Positions 28,864 to 38,304 of a stretch of 64,000 nt of DNA are shown here, in pieces; the first letter of the stretch is position 1, and each line of letters starts with the position of its first letter. Origin of the DNA: Patescibacteria group bacterium (lineage in GTDB: Bacteria; Patescibacteriota; Patescibacteriia; Buchananbacterales; UBA6539); contig JBAZSB010000002.1 of the NCBI GenBank assembly GCA_041662625.1, forward strand, positions 12,024 through 76,023, given 5' to 3'. A program made the position numbers and the translations under genes. Under the pieces are notes generated by a model. It ran no database searches. It saw only the letters and a list, made by a program, of their open reading frames with translations, and was not told where the DNA came from.

Positions 28864-29397
28864 TCAGCCGATCTGTTCCTGGTCTTCCGAATCTTCCGGT
28901 CGACCTTCCGATCTCTGACCACAACGGTCACAACCGTCACACTGGTGACCCACGGCAAACCGTTTCAACTCATCGAGCATCTCCAGCACTCCCGCTGCGG
29001 GTTGACCGGATTTCTCGAGTACGGCATCAGCGACCTTGATCGAACATTTGACGCGTAGCGCCACGGCAATGGCGTCGCTGGGCCGCGAATCAACCTTGAC
29101 GACCCCGCCTGCGGTTTTCAACTCGATATAGCCCAGGAAAATCCCGTTACCAGTGAGTTGGTTGATGCCAACTTCCAAAACCTCAGCATCCAAGCCAGCC
29201 AAGATGTTCACGATTAAGTCGTGGGTCATCGGCCTTATAGGCACTTGACCAGCCAAGGCCATACCGATGGCCACAGCTTCGGCTGGACCAATCATGACTG
29301 GTAAGATCAGAGCCGCCGCTTCACTGTGTAACAACACTGTTGGTCGACCTTGGCTATCCTGGACTACAGCCAACGCATGGAGTTCTTGTCTATCCAT
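28864..29397 (-). CDS. Bifunctional nuclease (DUF151/BFN) family protein
   Basis: LPVMIGPAEA.AI, RPMTHDL, DSRPSDAIAVALR. Confidence 0.92.
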   Translation of the reverse strand: MDRQELHALAVVQDSQGRPTVLLHSEAAALILPVMIGPAEAVAIGMALAGQVPIRPMTHDLIVNILAGLDAEVLEVGINQLTGNGIFLGYIELKTAGGVVKVDSRPSDAIAVALRVKCSIKVADAVLEKSGQPAAGVLEMLDELKRFAVGHQCDGCDRCGQRSEGRPEDSEDQEQIG

Positions 29398-29476
29398 CGC
29401 ATTCTCTCCTTATGTGGAGTAAGGGTGGGCCAGCCCGGCAAAGGACCGGCCCACACCAGTTTCAGGTTGGAGAACT

Positions 29477-30745
29477 CTACTCCGGCACTTTCCCGTCGGG
29501 ATAAAGGACCGAGTGGCCCTTGCCCTGCGAGATCAGCGACCGGTACGTTTCGAGTGCCGTTTGAACGGCCGGATCAGTCAGGTCCAGTGTCTGGCGTTTC
29601 TCGGCGGCCATATAGGCGGCCTGACAGAGCCTGGTGATTTCCAAGCCGTATTCCCAGTTCAACAGTCCGTCATGGCCTTCACGGAAAGCATCACGGGCAT
29701 CGACCTGCTCATCAACGTAACCGTAAAGGTCGGGTTCGTTGGGCTGAACAGCCAGAAGGCCACGCGAAGCCGTCGACTTCTCCAAGGCCCCCTCGGCATC
29801 GGTCACGGCTTCGGCCGCGGCATCGCCGATGAAGACCTCAAGCGACGAACGCAAGGAGTTGACCTCCAAAGCATAGCCCGGGCCCATTCCTTCCATCGAG
29901 AGTCGGAGGCCCTGCTTGTCGTACATCCAAGAAGTGGCAAACTGAGCCACAACACGCTGCCGGGTCTCCGGATTCTCAAAGGTGACCAGACCGGTGGCGA
30001 AGTCTTCGGCCGGAACCAACGCGTAGTCAACGCCCATCCTCTTCAGGAGTTGGGCTCGATACTTGGGCTGGCCCCACTTCAGAAGCAGGGTATCGGCCCC
30101 AATACTAACCGGCCTGAGGAATCTCAGATCCTTGCCGACCGGTGTCAAAAGACGCCAAAGCACCGCGATGGTGTGGCAAGCCATGTCCGAAAGGACACCG
30201 CCACCTTGCCGGGTTGCATCCCAGAACCAACCCTCGTGGGGTCCAGAATGTTCTTCGCCGCCACGAGCCAAAACCAACGGCCCCATCTTTCCTTGGACGC
30301 GAGCCAGACCTTTCAGCCCTGCTTTGATGGCTTTCATGTGGATCTGGTTCTCGAAGTACGAGGTCGGGCAGCCGAGAGTCTTGGCCAGCTCAACCATACG
30401 GCGAGCCTCGGTAATGGTTCGGCCCAACGGCTTTTCGCAGATCAGCCCTTTGGGTTTCTTACCCAGTCTCGTCGCCGCATCGACGACCTGTTCCATCAAT
30501 TCAACGCGGAACGGATTCGGGGCGAAATTGGCAATCACGTCGCAATGCTCGACAAGATCGGCGACGCTTTTGTATACTACGCAATCAATTTCGCCGGTAG
30601 CGGTGGCCTTAGCGGCCAGTTGTTCCGCACCCTTCAGGGCGTGGACACCGCCGAATTCCAAACCAGGTACCAACTGGTTGGCGGCCTGCTGGAAATTGGC
30701 AACAAATCCAGCACCCATCGATCCTAGTCTGAGGATTTCCTTCAT
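29477..30745 (-). CDS. Gfo/Idh/MocA family oxidoreductase
   Basis: GAGFVA, ICEKPL, WFWD...GGGVLSDMACH. Confidence 0.92.
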   Translation of the reverse strand: MKEILRLGSMGAGFVANFQQAANQLVPGLEFGGVHALKGAEQLAAKATATGEIDCVVYKSVADLVEHCDVIANFAPNPFRVELMEQVVDAATRLGKKPKGLICEKPLGRTITEARRMVELAKTLGCPTSYFENQIHMKAIKAGLKGLARVQGKMGPLVLARGGEEHSGPHEGWFWDATRQGGGVLSDMACHTIAVLWRLLTPVGKDLRFLRPVSIGADTLLLKWGQPKYRAQLLKRMGVDYALVPAEDFATGLVTFENPETRQRVVAQFATSWMYDKQGLRLSMEGMGPGYALEVNSLRSSLEVFIGDAAAEAVTDAEGALEKSTASRGLLAVQPNEPDLYGYVDEQVDARDAFREGHDGLLNWEYGLEITRLCQAAYMAAEKRQTLDLTDPAVQTALETYRSLISQGKGHSVLYPDGKVPE

Positions 30746-30878
30746 CAGTCTCTCCTTTCAATCAAACACTGTCTCCAATCTCTCTCCCGCCCTGAAACAG
30801 ATCAGGCCGGAACACTTCTTTTTGTTTCTTTGCCGTTTCTCCTTCCTTATCTTTTGTAACTTCCCTCGCTTGGTTGTG

Positions 30879-30957
30879 AAAAAACAAGTCTTTCCCTCCC
30901 TTTGGAAAAGACTATTAAAACTGGGTTTAATTTAACAAAAAAAAGCTATAAAGTCAA
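30879..30957 (-). promoter_or_regulatory. Promoter plus promoter-proximal terminator-like leader (copy 1)
   Basis: TTGACT-17-TAAATT, then CCAGTTTT, AGTCTTTTCC...GGAAAGACT hairpin and T run. Confidence 0.65.
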
Positions 30958-31152
30958 TCACATGATGCTAATCTACAATTTATGCGAATGATAATAATAT
31001 TCGCAACATTCGCATACTACTCGCATCCATTATCATTATATTAAAAAAAGGACCAGACAACCTTCTTCATCTCGCCGAATCCGCTTTCAAGCGGAGAAGG
31101 CGGGACTTGGTCGTTATGGTCCCTTGGATCTCAATAGTGTACAAAACCCTCC

Positions 31153-31220
31153 TTAGTCTCGCCGTAGTCCGAAGGACGTAGGCGGATTAGTCTCGCCGTA
31201 GTCCGAAGGACAAAGGCGGA
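31153..31220. repeat. Two tandem 34-nt REP-like palindromes (related copy at 31070-31107)
   Basis: ttagtctcgccgtagtccgaaggac(gt/aa)aggcgga twice. Confidence 0.85.
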
Positions 31221-31226
31221 CTTGGG

Positions 31227-32924
31227 TTAGTGGCGAAAGCCCCGGCACTTCTTGTCTGGCATCAGGTACAGCGTCATACCGGCCGCAGTCAGTTCCTCCT
31301 GAACTTTTCCGTCGTTGACCGAACCGGACGAAGCGAATAAGACGGTGATTCCTGCTTCGTGCAACACCAGACCAGCATCACCGAAAGGCAAGAAGCTATC
31401 CGAATAGGCAGCGGCTTCCACCAACCCTACTTTTTCCTCGTCCTGTCTGTTGGCTTCACCGCGCTCATAGCCTCGAACTGCCAGCTCTGCCGCACCGACG
31501 CGATCCATCCGACCGCATCCGTTGCCTTCCAGTTCGTAGACGATCATATCTCTGACTTGCCTCTGCCTCACAATGGTGATGGTATTGCTCTTGGCCTGAG
31601 AGCCGATTGCCCAACCAGCCTTGAGACAGCCTTCCAATTCTGGTCGGCGAGGTCCGATGATTTGCAGATCCGGATCGTCAAACGACGGCACAAACTGGCT
31701 CGGCGGATAATGAGTGTAGTCCCCGCCACCGACATGGGTAAAGATCGGGGTATTATCCATAGGTAGATTGCCAGCCAGCGCCGGATTCAACATCACACGG
31801 CACTTGCCTGTCTTTTTGCGCGCCAGTATTTCGATCGCATTTTCGTCAGCGCTGGGCGCAAACACAGCATCCAGAATCCGGCGCTGTCCTTTCGGCATAT
31901 GGTAATACAGCAGCATGTCAGCGATCTCGGCAGTGATATGGAAGTTGAACAGCAGTACGCCGCCATGAATCGCCAATTCATCGCCTTCGATCATGCTTCT
32001 GACCGCCTCGACGATGGCATCTCGTCCTTTGCCTTTGACAATCCCGGCACCGCAGATATTGACGTGCTTGTCCGCCAAGGCAAAACTGTGTGTGTCTGCC
32101 GGAAATACTGCCGCCAGCCGTGTCATGGTTTCGGTCAGCGTATGGAGATCATCCAAGTTGTTGCAGCTTGGACTCATGCCTTCAACTCCGACGAAGCGGC
32201 TCGGCGCCAACTCCCAATCACCACCACCGGTATACAAGGCGGCTGGCACTTGGTGAGGATTGGGTCCATAAGCGAGCGACAAAACCCGTTCGCCGCTGAT
32301 GCCGGCGAACTGTCCGTCGCTGATGAAATCTGCTGCTGTCAGGTAATGTCTGGCAATCATTGCCAGCGCTTTGCCGGCGAGGCGCTTTCGGGTCTCGGGT
32401 AAGACATCGCCATCGTTTTTCACCATTTCTTCCCAGACCTTGGGAATGTCAGATTCATCGACAACGACGATGCGCAAACGCTTTGAACCCATCGCTGCTT
32501 GCGCCGGTCCACCGACGTCAACCTTTTCCAGCACCTCCTCAAACGATAGCGCTCCACTGTCGATCGCGGCCTGGAGATCGTAGAATCCGCCGACGAATAT
32601 CTCGCAAAGTGGCCCGCCGAGTTCACGCAGCTCATCAAGGTGTTTGGGTTTGGCTGGTTTGGCACACAGTGCACCAAGTACCTTGGGATGCAGCGATACT
32701 ACGCCGTGGTCGAACATCGGCGGCGAGCCAATGGTCGCATAGTTGTTACAGGTAATACCACTCCCTTCGAGGAAACAGGTTGTGCCGTCCGACCCATAGA
32801 GGGTCAATCCCAATGATTCATGCAGATAGCGAGCAAATGCTGCAATCCCTTCTGTCTTGTCAGCAACGCTTAAAAACGCTGCCCTGACAATTCCTGAATC
32901 TGCCGTACTCACTTTATCACTCAT
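31227..32924 (-). CDS. purH: Bifunctional AICAR transformylase / IMP cyclohydrolase (divergent)
   Basis: AFLSVADK, LHPKV, VDVGGP, LAYGPNPHQ, KHVNICG, KSN, SDSFLPF, C-terminal RGFRH. Confidence 0.88.
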   Translation of the reverse strand: MSDKVSTADSGIVRAAFLSVADKTEGIAAFARYLHESLGLTLYGSDGTTCFLEGSGITCNNYATIGSPPMFDHGVVSLHPKVLGALCAKPAKPKHLDELRELGGPLCEIFVGGFYDLQAAIDSGALSFEEVLEKVDVGGPAQAAMGSKRLRIVVVDESDIPKVWEEMVKNDGDVLPETRKRLAGKALAMIARHYLTAADFISDGQFAGISGERVLSLAYGPNPHQVPAALYTGGGDWELAPSRFVGVEGMSPSCNNLDDLHTLTETMTRLAAVFPADTHSFALADKHVNICGAGIVKGKGRDAIVEAVRSMIEGDELAIHGGVLLFNFHITAEIADMLLYYHMPKGQRRILDAVFAPSADENAIEILARKKTGKCRVMLNPALAGNLPMDNTPIFTHVGGGDYTHYPPSQFVPSFDDPDLQIIGPRRPELEGCLKAGWAIGSQAKSNTITIVRQRQVRDMIVYELEGNGCGRMDRVGAAELAVRGYERGEANRQDEEKVGLVEAAAYSDSFLPFGDAGLVLHEAGITVLFASSGSVNDGKVQEELTAAGMTLYLMPDKKCRGFRH

Positions 32925-32954
32925 ACTCGTCTCTCTCCTTTTCTCTCTCTGTTC

Positions 32955-34475
32955 CTAGGCCACAATGGCCAAGGGTTTCATTGCCTTCAATCCATTCTTC
33001 ATTTCTCTTCGCGCATCCTTGATCGCATCACCAACATAGGCTGCCGGATGCTTCAGTAGGTAAATCTCGCGTGGAGTTAATCCTTTCCAGACGCGCCGGA
33101 ACTTAGGATCAGCCCCGTCAGACTCCATATATTGCTCGGCTGCAACGCAAAGATTGGGCGCACCAGCTTTGACCCGGGCCACTAGTTCCTTCTTGACGAA
33201 GGTGTGAGCGCCTTCAAAGCCTTGCCGCTGCAATGCGTTGTGGAGTAATTCCGCTAACGATGCTGGTCCGAATATCTTGACCCAGTGCAGGCAGCGTTCT
33301 TCGTTGAACGCCAGAGCGCCCATCTGCCGATGCACGCTGTACAACTCCTGGGTAAAGTACTCAAGGGCTTCGATGAAAGTGCGCATCACCGAGGACCACC
33401 GCAAATCGCGTTGGAAGTTGCTCCCGCGCGTCAGCCACGGTCTTAAGGCACAACTCAACACGATTGCATCGGCGCCAATGGCGTTCTCAGCCCGAATGGG
33501 GTTGGCTTCCTTGGCTGCTCCCGCCGAAGAGGTCGAGGTAATACCGACATCCTTTGAAGGAATGACCTCGCCGAGTTCAGGCATGTGCAAGATCCGGAGA
33601 TCATCACACAGACTCATCATCGGTCCGCTGATCGCGACGAGCTCGCTGTAAAAACGAACCGTGTGATGAATAGGCGGAACCTGACTAGCACCTCTGGCTA
33701 CCGGCAAGTCAAGAATATTCATCAGCGTCCGTTCGGCTTTTTTGGGAATACCGACGGCGCGCTGCGATGCGGCGGTACCGACGAAACCACAGAACTTGCC
33801 CGGCACCGCCAAGGCAGCCCGTTGCAGTTCCACAGCGCAGTCAATGTATTGCTGATGGCCACAAGCCAGATAAAATCCGACTGTACCTGGTATGGCCGGC
33901 TGCAAGTGGGTGCGAAACATCTCCCGCATCTTCAGGTTTTCACCAATCTTGGCTCGCCAAACTTCATCGAGTGCCATCATCTTTGGCCAAATAATCAGAC
34001 TGAACACAACTCGAAGCTGCAAGGCATATGCCGTCGAAATCGTGTCATAGGAAGTTGCCGTATAGTGCAACCACTTCCAAAGTCCTTTGGGAAGATAACG
34101 GCGCATCAATGCCAGAAGCGCCAGGATATCGTGGCCGATTCCTTTGGTCTTCTTCTTTCTGTCTCCGTATTCGAGGCGATCCTGTTTTGTTGTGGTGACA
34201 TTCTTGAGGACGTAGAGCAAACGCTCTTTCGTCAGCAATTTGGCGTCCTTTTCCGGCATGATTCCGATAATGGCTAACGCCACCATCCAGAACCATTCCA
34301 CCAGGACCAACCAAAGTGCCCATTGGTCATAGCCGAGGTACGGAACCAGTTCCGGTTGCTGTTCTGCATATCTGTGATCCATATGCATCACCAGCACCCG
34401 CCGTCGATCCTTGGCTAAAACCGCGAAATACGCAATCGCGGCCGCTAACATCTCTCGGGCTTTATCAATAGTCAT
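32955..34475 (-). CDS. purB: Adenylosuccinate lyase-like (fumarate lyase superfamily, divergent)
   Basis: GHDILA, H..ATSYD, RTHLQPAIP, GFVGT, SSAGAAKEANPIRAEN, QRDL..S; adjacent to purH. Confidence 0.75.
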   Translation of the reverse strand: MTIDKAREMLAAAIAYFAVLAKDRRRVLVMHMDHRYAEQQPELVPYLGYDQWALWLVLVEWFWMVALAIIGIMPEKDAKLLTKERLLYVLKNVTTTKQDRLEYGDRKKKTKGIGHDILALLALMRRYLPKGLWKWLHYTATSYDTISTAYALQLRVVFSLIIWPKMMALDEVWRAKIGENLKMREMFRTHLQPAIPGTVGFYLACGHQQYIDCAVELQRAALAVPGKFCGFVGTAASQRAVGIPKKAERTLMNILDLPVARGASQVPPIHHTVRFYSELVAISGPMMSLCDDLRILHMPELGEVIPSKDVGITSTSSAGAAKEANPIRAENAIGADAIVLSCALRPWLTRGSNFQRDLRWSSVMRTFIEALEYFTQELYSVHRQMGALAFNEERCLHWVKIFGPASLAELLHNALQRQGFEGAHTFVKKELVARVKAGAPNLCVAAEQYMESDGADPKFRRVWKGLTPREIYLLKHPAAYVGDAIKDARREMKNGLKAMKPLAIVA

Positions 34476-34514
34476 ACGCACACCTCCTTAGTTCCAACTC
34501 CAACCCTAATTGTC

Positions 34515-34601
34515 AAAAAAACAAAGTCTTCCCCTCACGTTGGAAAAGACTTTTCCCTACAAAACTGGCTTTAATTTAACAAAAAAAAGCCTGACCGTCA
34601 A
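34515..34601 (-). promoter_or_regulatory. Promoter plus promoter-proximal terminator-like leader (copy 2)
   Basis: TTGACG-17-TAAATT, CCAGTTTT, AGTCTTTTCC...GGAAGACT hairpin and T run; homologous to 30879-30957. Confidence 0.65.
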
Positions 34602-34608
34602 ATGAAGA

Positions 34609-35229
34609 CTAATCAAGCCTGATGGCATTCAATACTTGCCAAATTTGCTCCGGCGTGGTTTCGGGCACAACGGCAAACTCGATGATTCGCACTTGGCCCG
34701 CCCGATAGTGCTGGATTAAAGGCAAGGTTTGTTGGTAGTAAATCCTAAGCCTCTCCGCAATGGCAGCAGGTGTGTTGTCGTCTCGGCCGCGGCGTTCATC
34801 ATGAGCATCAAGGGCAATCCTGGCAGCAACATCATCTGGTGAACACTCCAGTACCACCACCAGTTTGATTGTGGCAAAAGATTCAACCATGCGCGCCTGA
34901 AAGACGTTGCGGGGCAGACCGTTAAGAACTACCCAGTCATCAGCTCCAACGGCCGACTCAAGGTAATGCCTTAGGATTTTTCCCGCCACGGGAAATTCAT
35001 CGTCGGCAAGCAACCTGCTAGCAGCAAAAACTTGCCCTATTACTTCATGATCATGAGCATCCAAAAAAGGCATGACGTCCGGTTGTTTCTGAGCAGTTCT
35101 CAGCTGGTCCCCGAAGTCAAAATGACAGCAACGTCTGCCGCCAAAGCCCTGCTCTTGGATTAACTTACCCAGCGGTGATTTACCACTGCCAGTTGGACCT
35201 ACTACTAAAAGAGCTTTGTGTCGACGCAT
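34609..35229 (-). CDS. Adenylate kinase family nucleoside monophosphate kinase
   Basis: GPTGSGKS, FGDQLR, LNGLPRN..QA, R.DDN...I..RL..Y...T.PLI..Y; start at ATG 35229 (GGAGG SD). Confidence 0.88.
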   Translation of the reverse strand: MRRHKALLVVGPTGSGKSPLGKLIQEQGFGGRRCCHFDFGDQLRTAQKQPDVMPFLDAHDHEVIGQVFAASRLLADDEFPVAGKILRHYLESAVGADDWVVLNGLPRNVFQARMVESFATIKLVVVLECSPDDVAARIALDAHDERRGRDDNTPAAIAERLRIYYQQTLPLIQHYRAGQVRIIEFAVVPETTPEQIWQVLNAIRLD

Positions 35230-35350
35230 TGTCCTTCCTCCGTTGTTGGGACAAACTTTTCGCCTCAAGATTAGATTAAAATTAACAGAAAATAACCAAG
35301 GCGTCAATAAAAGTCAATTGACAAAAAATAGCAACAAAACTATGCTACTA

Positions 35351-35552
35351 ATAGCTGGGCGCACCGACCTTTGGTGAAACTTGTATCGGCTTCGGCCTGT
35401 CAACTGTTTGTCACCCATAACTGGTGCGCCCAACCCGAAAACTTACTGCCCTTTGTCTGGCTCACTACCAGGGCACGATCCCTGTCCTCCCCATGCAGGC
35501 CACGAATCTATGCAATGTAGTTCACCGCTACTCGTGGCCTGCTCTTTTTTTT
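35351..35552 (+). ncRNA. Unassigned structured ncRNA candidate
   Basis: TTGACA-17-TATGCT promoter (35318-35346); three stem-loops, one with a cUUCGg tetraloop; terminal stem followed by T8. Confidence 0.6.
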
Positions 35553-35623
35553 GATTGAAAAAACTCCTCTCTTCTGCTAAGCTTAGATAGTTAAATGTTA
35601 AATGTTAATTGTTAATTGTTATT

Positions 35624-36703
35624 ATGTCGTTTAGTATCGGCATCGTCGGCCTGCCTAACGTCGGCAAATCAACACTTTTCAAAGCCCTGACCAAAAAACA
35701 GGTTGATGCTTCTAATTATCCTTTTTGCACCATTGACCCAAACATTGGAGTGGTGGCCGTGCCTGATGAACGAATTGATAAATTGTCAGTGATGTCAAAA
35801 TCAGCCAAAACGATTTATACCACCATTGAATTTGTTGACATCGCCGGCCTAGTTAAGGATGCTCATAAAGGTGAAGGGCTGGGTAACCAATTTTTAGCCA
35901 ACATCCGGGAAGTTGATGCCATTGTTCAAGTCGTCCGGCAGTTTTCCGATAAAAATGTCATTCATGTCGCCGGCAAGGTGGACCCCGAGTCGGACAAAGA
36001 AACAATTAGTCTGGAATTAATTTTTGCTGATTTACAAACTTTGGGAAAAAGAATCAGTAAAAACCAAAAAGATTTACATGCCAATTTAAAAGAAGCAAAA
36101 GAGATTCAGCCGGTTTTGGAAAAATTAAAAACCGGCTTTAACGCCGGCAAGCTGGCTTCGGAAATCATTACTGATGAAAAAGAAAAATTATTAATCCGCG
36201 ACTTGAATCTTTTGACCATCAAACCAATGATTTATGTTTTGAATGTGGATGAAGACAAAGTTTATCCCGCCTCCGCTAAAGCTACGGCGGGCAAGCAAGA
36301 AACAGATTACATTACCATTTCGGCAAAAATTGAATCGGAATTAGCCGAACTGCCCGAGGTCGAAGCTAAAGAAATGCTCAAAGAACTCAAGCTGGAATCT
36401 TCAGGTTTAGATAAACTGATCAAAAAATCATACGAAATTTTAGGCTTGATTACTTTTTTGACTACCGGTCCGACCGAATCACGCGCTTGGACAATCAAAA
36501 AAGGGACAAAAGCGCCCCAGGCCGCCGGCGTGATCCACACTGATTTTGAAAAAAACTTTATCCGCGCTGAAGTGATTAACTGGCAAAAATTGTTGGAAGT
36601 TGGCTCTGAAGCTAAGGCCAAGGAATTAGGCTTAATCCGGATTGAAGGCAAAGATTACGTGATGCAAGACGGCGACACGGTTTATTTTAGAACTAACGCC
36701 TAA
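35624..36703 (+). CDS. ychF: Redox-regulated ATPase YchF
   Basis: GIVGLPNVGKST, NYPFCTIDPN, DIAGLV, GEGLGNQFL, APQAAGVIHTDFE, EGKDY. Confidence 0.97.
   Translation: MSFSIGIVGLPNVGKSTLFKALTKKQVDASNYPFCTIDPNIGVVAVPDERIDKLSVMSKSAKTIYTTIEFVDIAGLVKDAHKGEGLGNQFLANIREVDAIVQVVRQFSDKNVIHVAGKVDPESDKETISLELIFADLQTLGKRISKNQKDLHANLKEAKEIQPVLEKLKTGFNAGKLASEIITDEKEKLLIRDLNLLTIKPMIYVLNVDEDKVYPASAKATAGKQETDYITISAKIESELAELPEVEAKEMLKELKLESSGLDKLIKKSYEILGLITFLTTGPTESRAWTIKKGTKAPQAAGVIHTDFEKNFIRAEVINWQKLLEVGSEAKAKELGLIRIEGKDYVMQDGDTVYFRTNA
36266..36295. repeat. REP-like palindrome inserted in frame in ychF (PASAKATAGK)
   Basis: cccgcctccgctaaagctacggcgggcaag; its reverse complement matches the cgccgtag...aggcgg family at 31157 and 31191. 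Confidence 0.8.
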
Positions 36704-36707
36704 AATA

Positions 36708-36920
36708 ATGTTTTTATTTATAATTCCAATATTATTGCTCAACATTTTCGTTTCTGGTTTTATTTTGATAATTCATATTAATAAATCCTTATGGAACAGA
36801 TGGGAGCAGATGACTATAAAATATCCTGTTTCTCATTATTACATTGCTGTTTTAAATGTGATTGTCTGCGTGTCTAATATTTTTCTTCTATATTACTTAT
36901 TAAAAACTGCCCAGGGTTAA
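36708..36920 (+). CDS. Small 2-TM membrane protein
   Basis: 70-aa hydrophobic ORF 4 nt after ychF. Confidence 0.5.
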   Translation: MFLFIIPILLLNIFVSGFILIIHINKSLWNRWEQMTIKYPVSHYYIAVLNVIVCVSNIFLLYYLLKTAQG

Positions 36921-36985
36921 AACCCCGGGCTACAATAATAAAGCAAATGATTTTAATTTAGGACGATTACGGATTGATAAAATTT

Positions 36986-38158
36986 TTAGCGCTGGAAGAC
37001 ATAAATCTGCCGCCAGACTTTTTGGCCTTCGCGACTATAAACTAATTTATCTTTATTCAACTGGGTAAAACCCAGTTTTTTTATTTCTGGCAAAACCGGC
37101 AGTTCCAAAACTTCCTTACCGAGGCGAAAAGCCGGAAAGATAATTACCACCTTGCTACCGGGATTTAAAATCTTTCTGAACTCACCAAATGCCGCATCAT
37201 AAAGCTTTGATAATTCTTCAACAATTTCTGATATCTGTTTTCTGTCTTCTGAACCCCGAAGCGGCGGGCCAAGGTATGGCTCAGTCACCACCGCATCAAC
37301 CTGCTGGACATATTTAGAAATCTGCTTTACATCCGCCTTGATAATTTGGAATTTGGAATTTGAGATTTGGAATTTATTTGGAATTTGACCCATTCGACTA
37401 CGCTCAGGGTCACCTTGAGCAGAGGCCGAAAGGTGAGATTTGGAATTTGTAATTTTTAAAAGCCATTCTAAGTTTTTCTTTGTATCCTTAACCGCTTTAT
37501 CAGAAATATCAGAACCAATCATTTTGTAGCCAAGCAAAAGTCCTTCTTGCAAAACTGTACCGGATCCGCAAAAGGGATCTAAAATTGTTGCCCCCCTTGG
37601 CAGCTGGGCTAAATTAATCATAATTTTTGCCAGCTTCGGCGGCATTGACCCGGATAACAAATCACGGACCGGCCGGCCAAAGTCGCGCTTACTATATTCT
37701 TCAAATTCCTGAACCGCACAAGTCTCGCCTAGCCATTTATTACCCAAAACCAAAAATTCCGCACATTGATTTTTTGAAACAACAACTGAAGACAAGGCCT
37801 TGTCTTTACTGGTAACTAAACGACAACTGATACCAGCTTCTTTTAAGTCCTTTTTAATTTCCATGCCAAAATTATCCGGCTTAGCCTCATAATAACTAAT
37901 GCCGAAATTGAGCTTTGTTTCTTTTTTAAGGGCTTTTAATTTTTCAACTGTCACCTTTCGACTGATTTGATTACCAATAATTTTACCGACTTTTATTGTC
38001 CCGCCAAGCCGACTCAAAACTTCAGCGCAATCAAAATCGTCATTTTCGATAATTAAAAAAGAGCCGGTTTCAGCAATAATTTTGGCAGGGGGTAAAACTG
38101 CCAAGATTTCTGCCACGGAAAGCTTTGGGTTGTGTCCTAAGATGAAAACGTATTGCAT
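36986..38158 (-). CDS. Trm11/UPF0020-like RNA methyltransferase
   Basis: RDFGRP.RD...G.MPPKLAKIMIN, ILDPFCGSGT, VTEPYLGP. Confidence 0.88.
   Translation of the reverse strand: MQYVFILGHNPKLSVAEILAVLPPAKIIAETGSFLIIENDDFDCAEVLSRLGGTIKVGKIIGNQISRKVTVEKLKALKKETKLNFGISYYEAKPDNFGMEIKKDLKEAGISCRLVTSKDKALSSVVVSKNQCAEFLVLGNKWLGETCAVQEFEEYSKRDFGRPVRDLLSGSMPPKLAKIMINLAQLPRGATILDPFCGSGTVLQEGLLLGYKMIGSDISDKAVKDTKKNLEWLLKITNSKSHLSASAQGDPERSRMGQIPNKFQISNSKFQIIKADVKQISKYVQQVDAVVTEPYLGPPLRGSEDRKQISEIVEELSKLYDAAFGEFRKILNPGSKVVIIFPAFRLGKEVLELPVLPEIKKLGFTQLNKDKLVYSREGQKVWRQIYVFQR
37340..37455. repeat. In-frame heptamer array with a nested 48-nt REP-like insert (37387-37434)
   Basis: (ggaattt/gagattt)n interrupted by cccattcgactacgctcaggg...; related copy at 38758-38778. 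Confidence 0.8.
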
Positions 38159-38304
38159 ATTATTGGCTTAGTAACTTACCAACTTAAAAACTTACTAACT
38201 TAAGTATACCATATAAAATTAAAAACTATTAAATTTAAAATAAAAAAAGCCCCGGAACGAAAACCTGGGTTCTCGTCCGGGAAAAACAAAAAAGCCTACT
38301 GTCG

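Noticed and set aside
29513-30727. 404-aa plus-strand ORF and other long overlapping ORFs in 27.7-34.3 kb
   Set aside because: Antisense or alternate-frame shadows of well-supported GC-rich minus-strand genes; no motifs
31153-31220. 34-nt direct repeats as a possible CRISPR array
   Set aside because: Only two abutting copies, no spacers and no cas genes; they belong to a dispersed REP-like family
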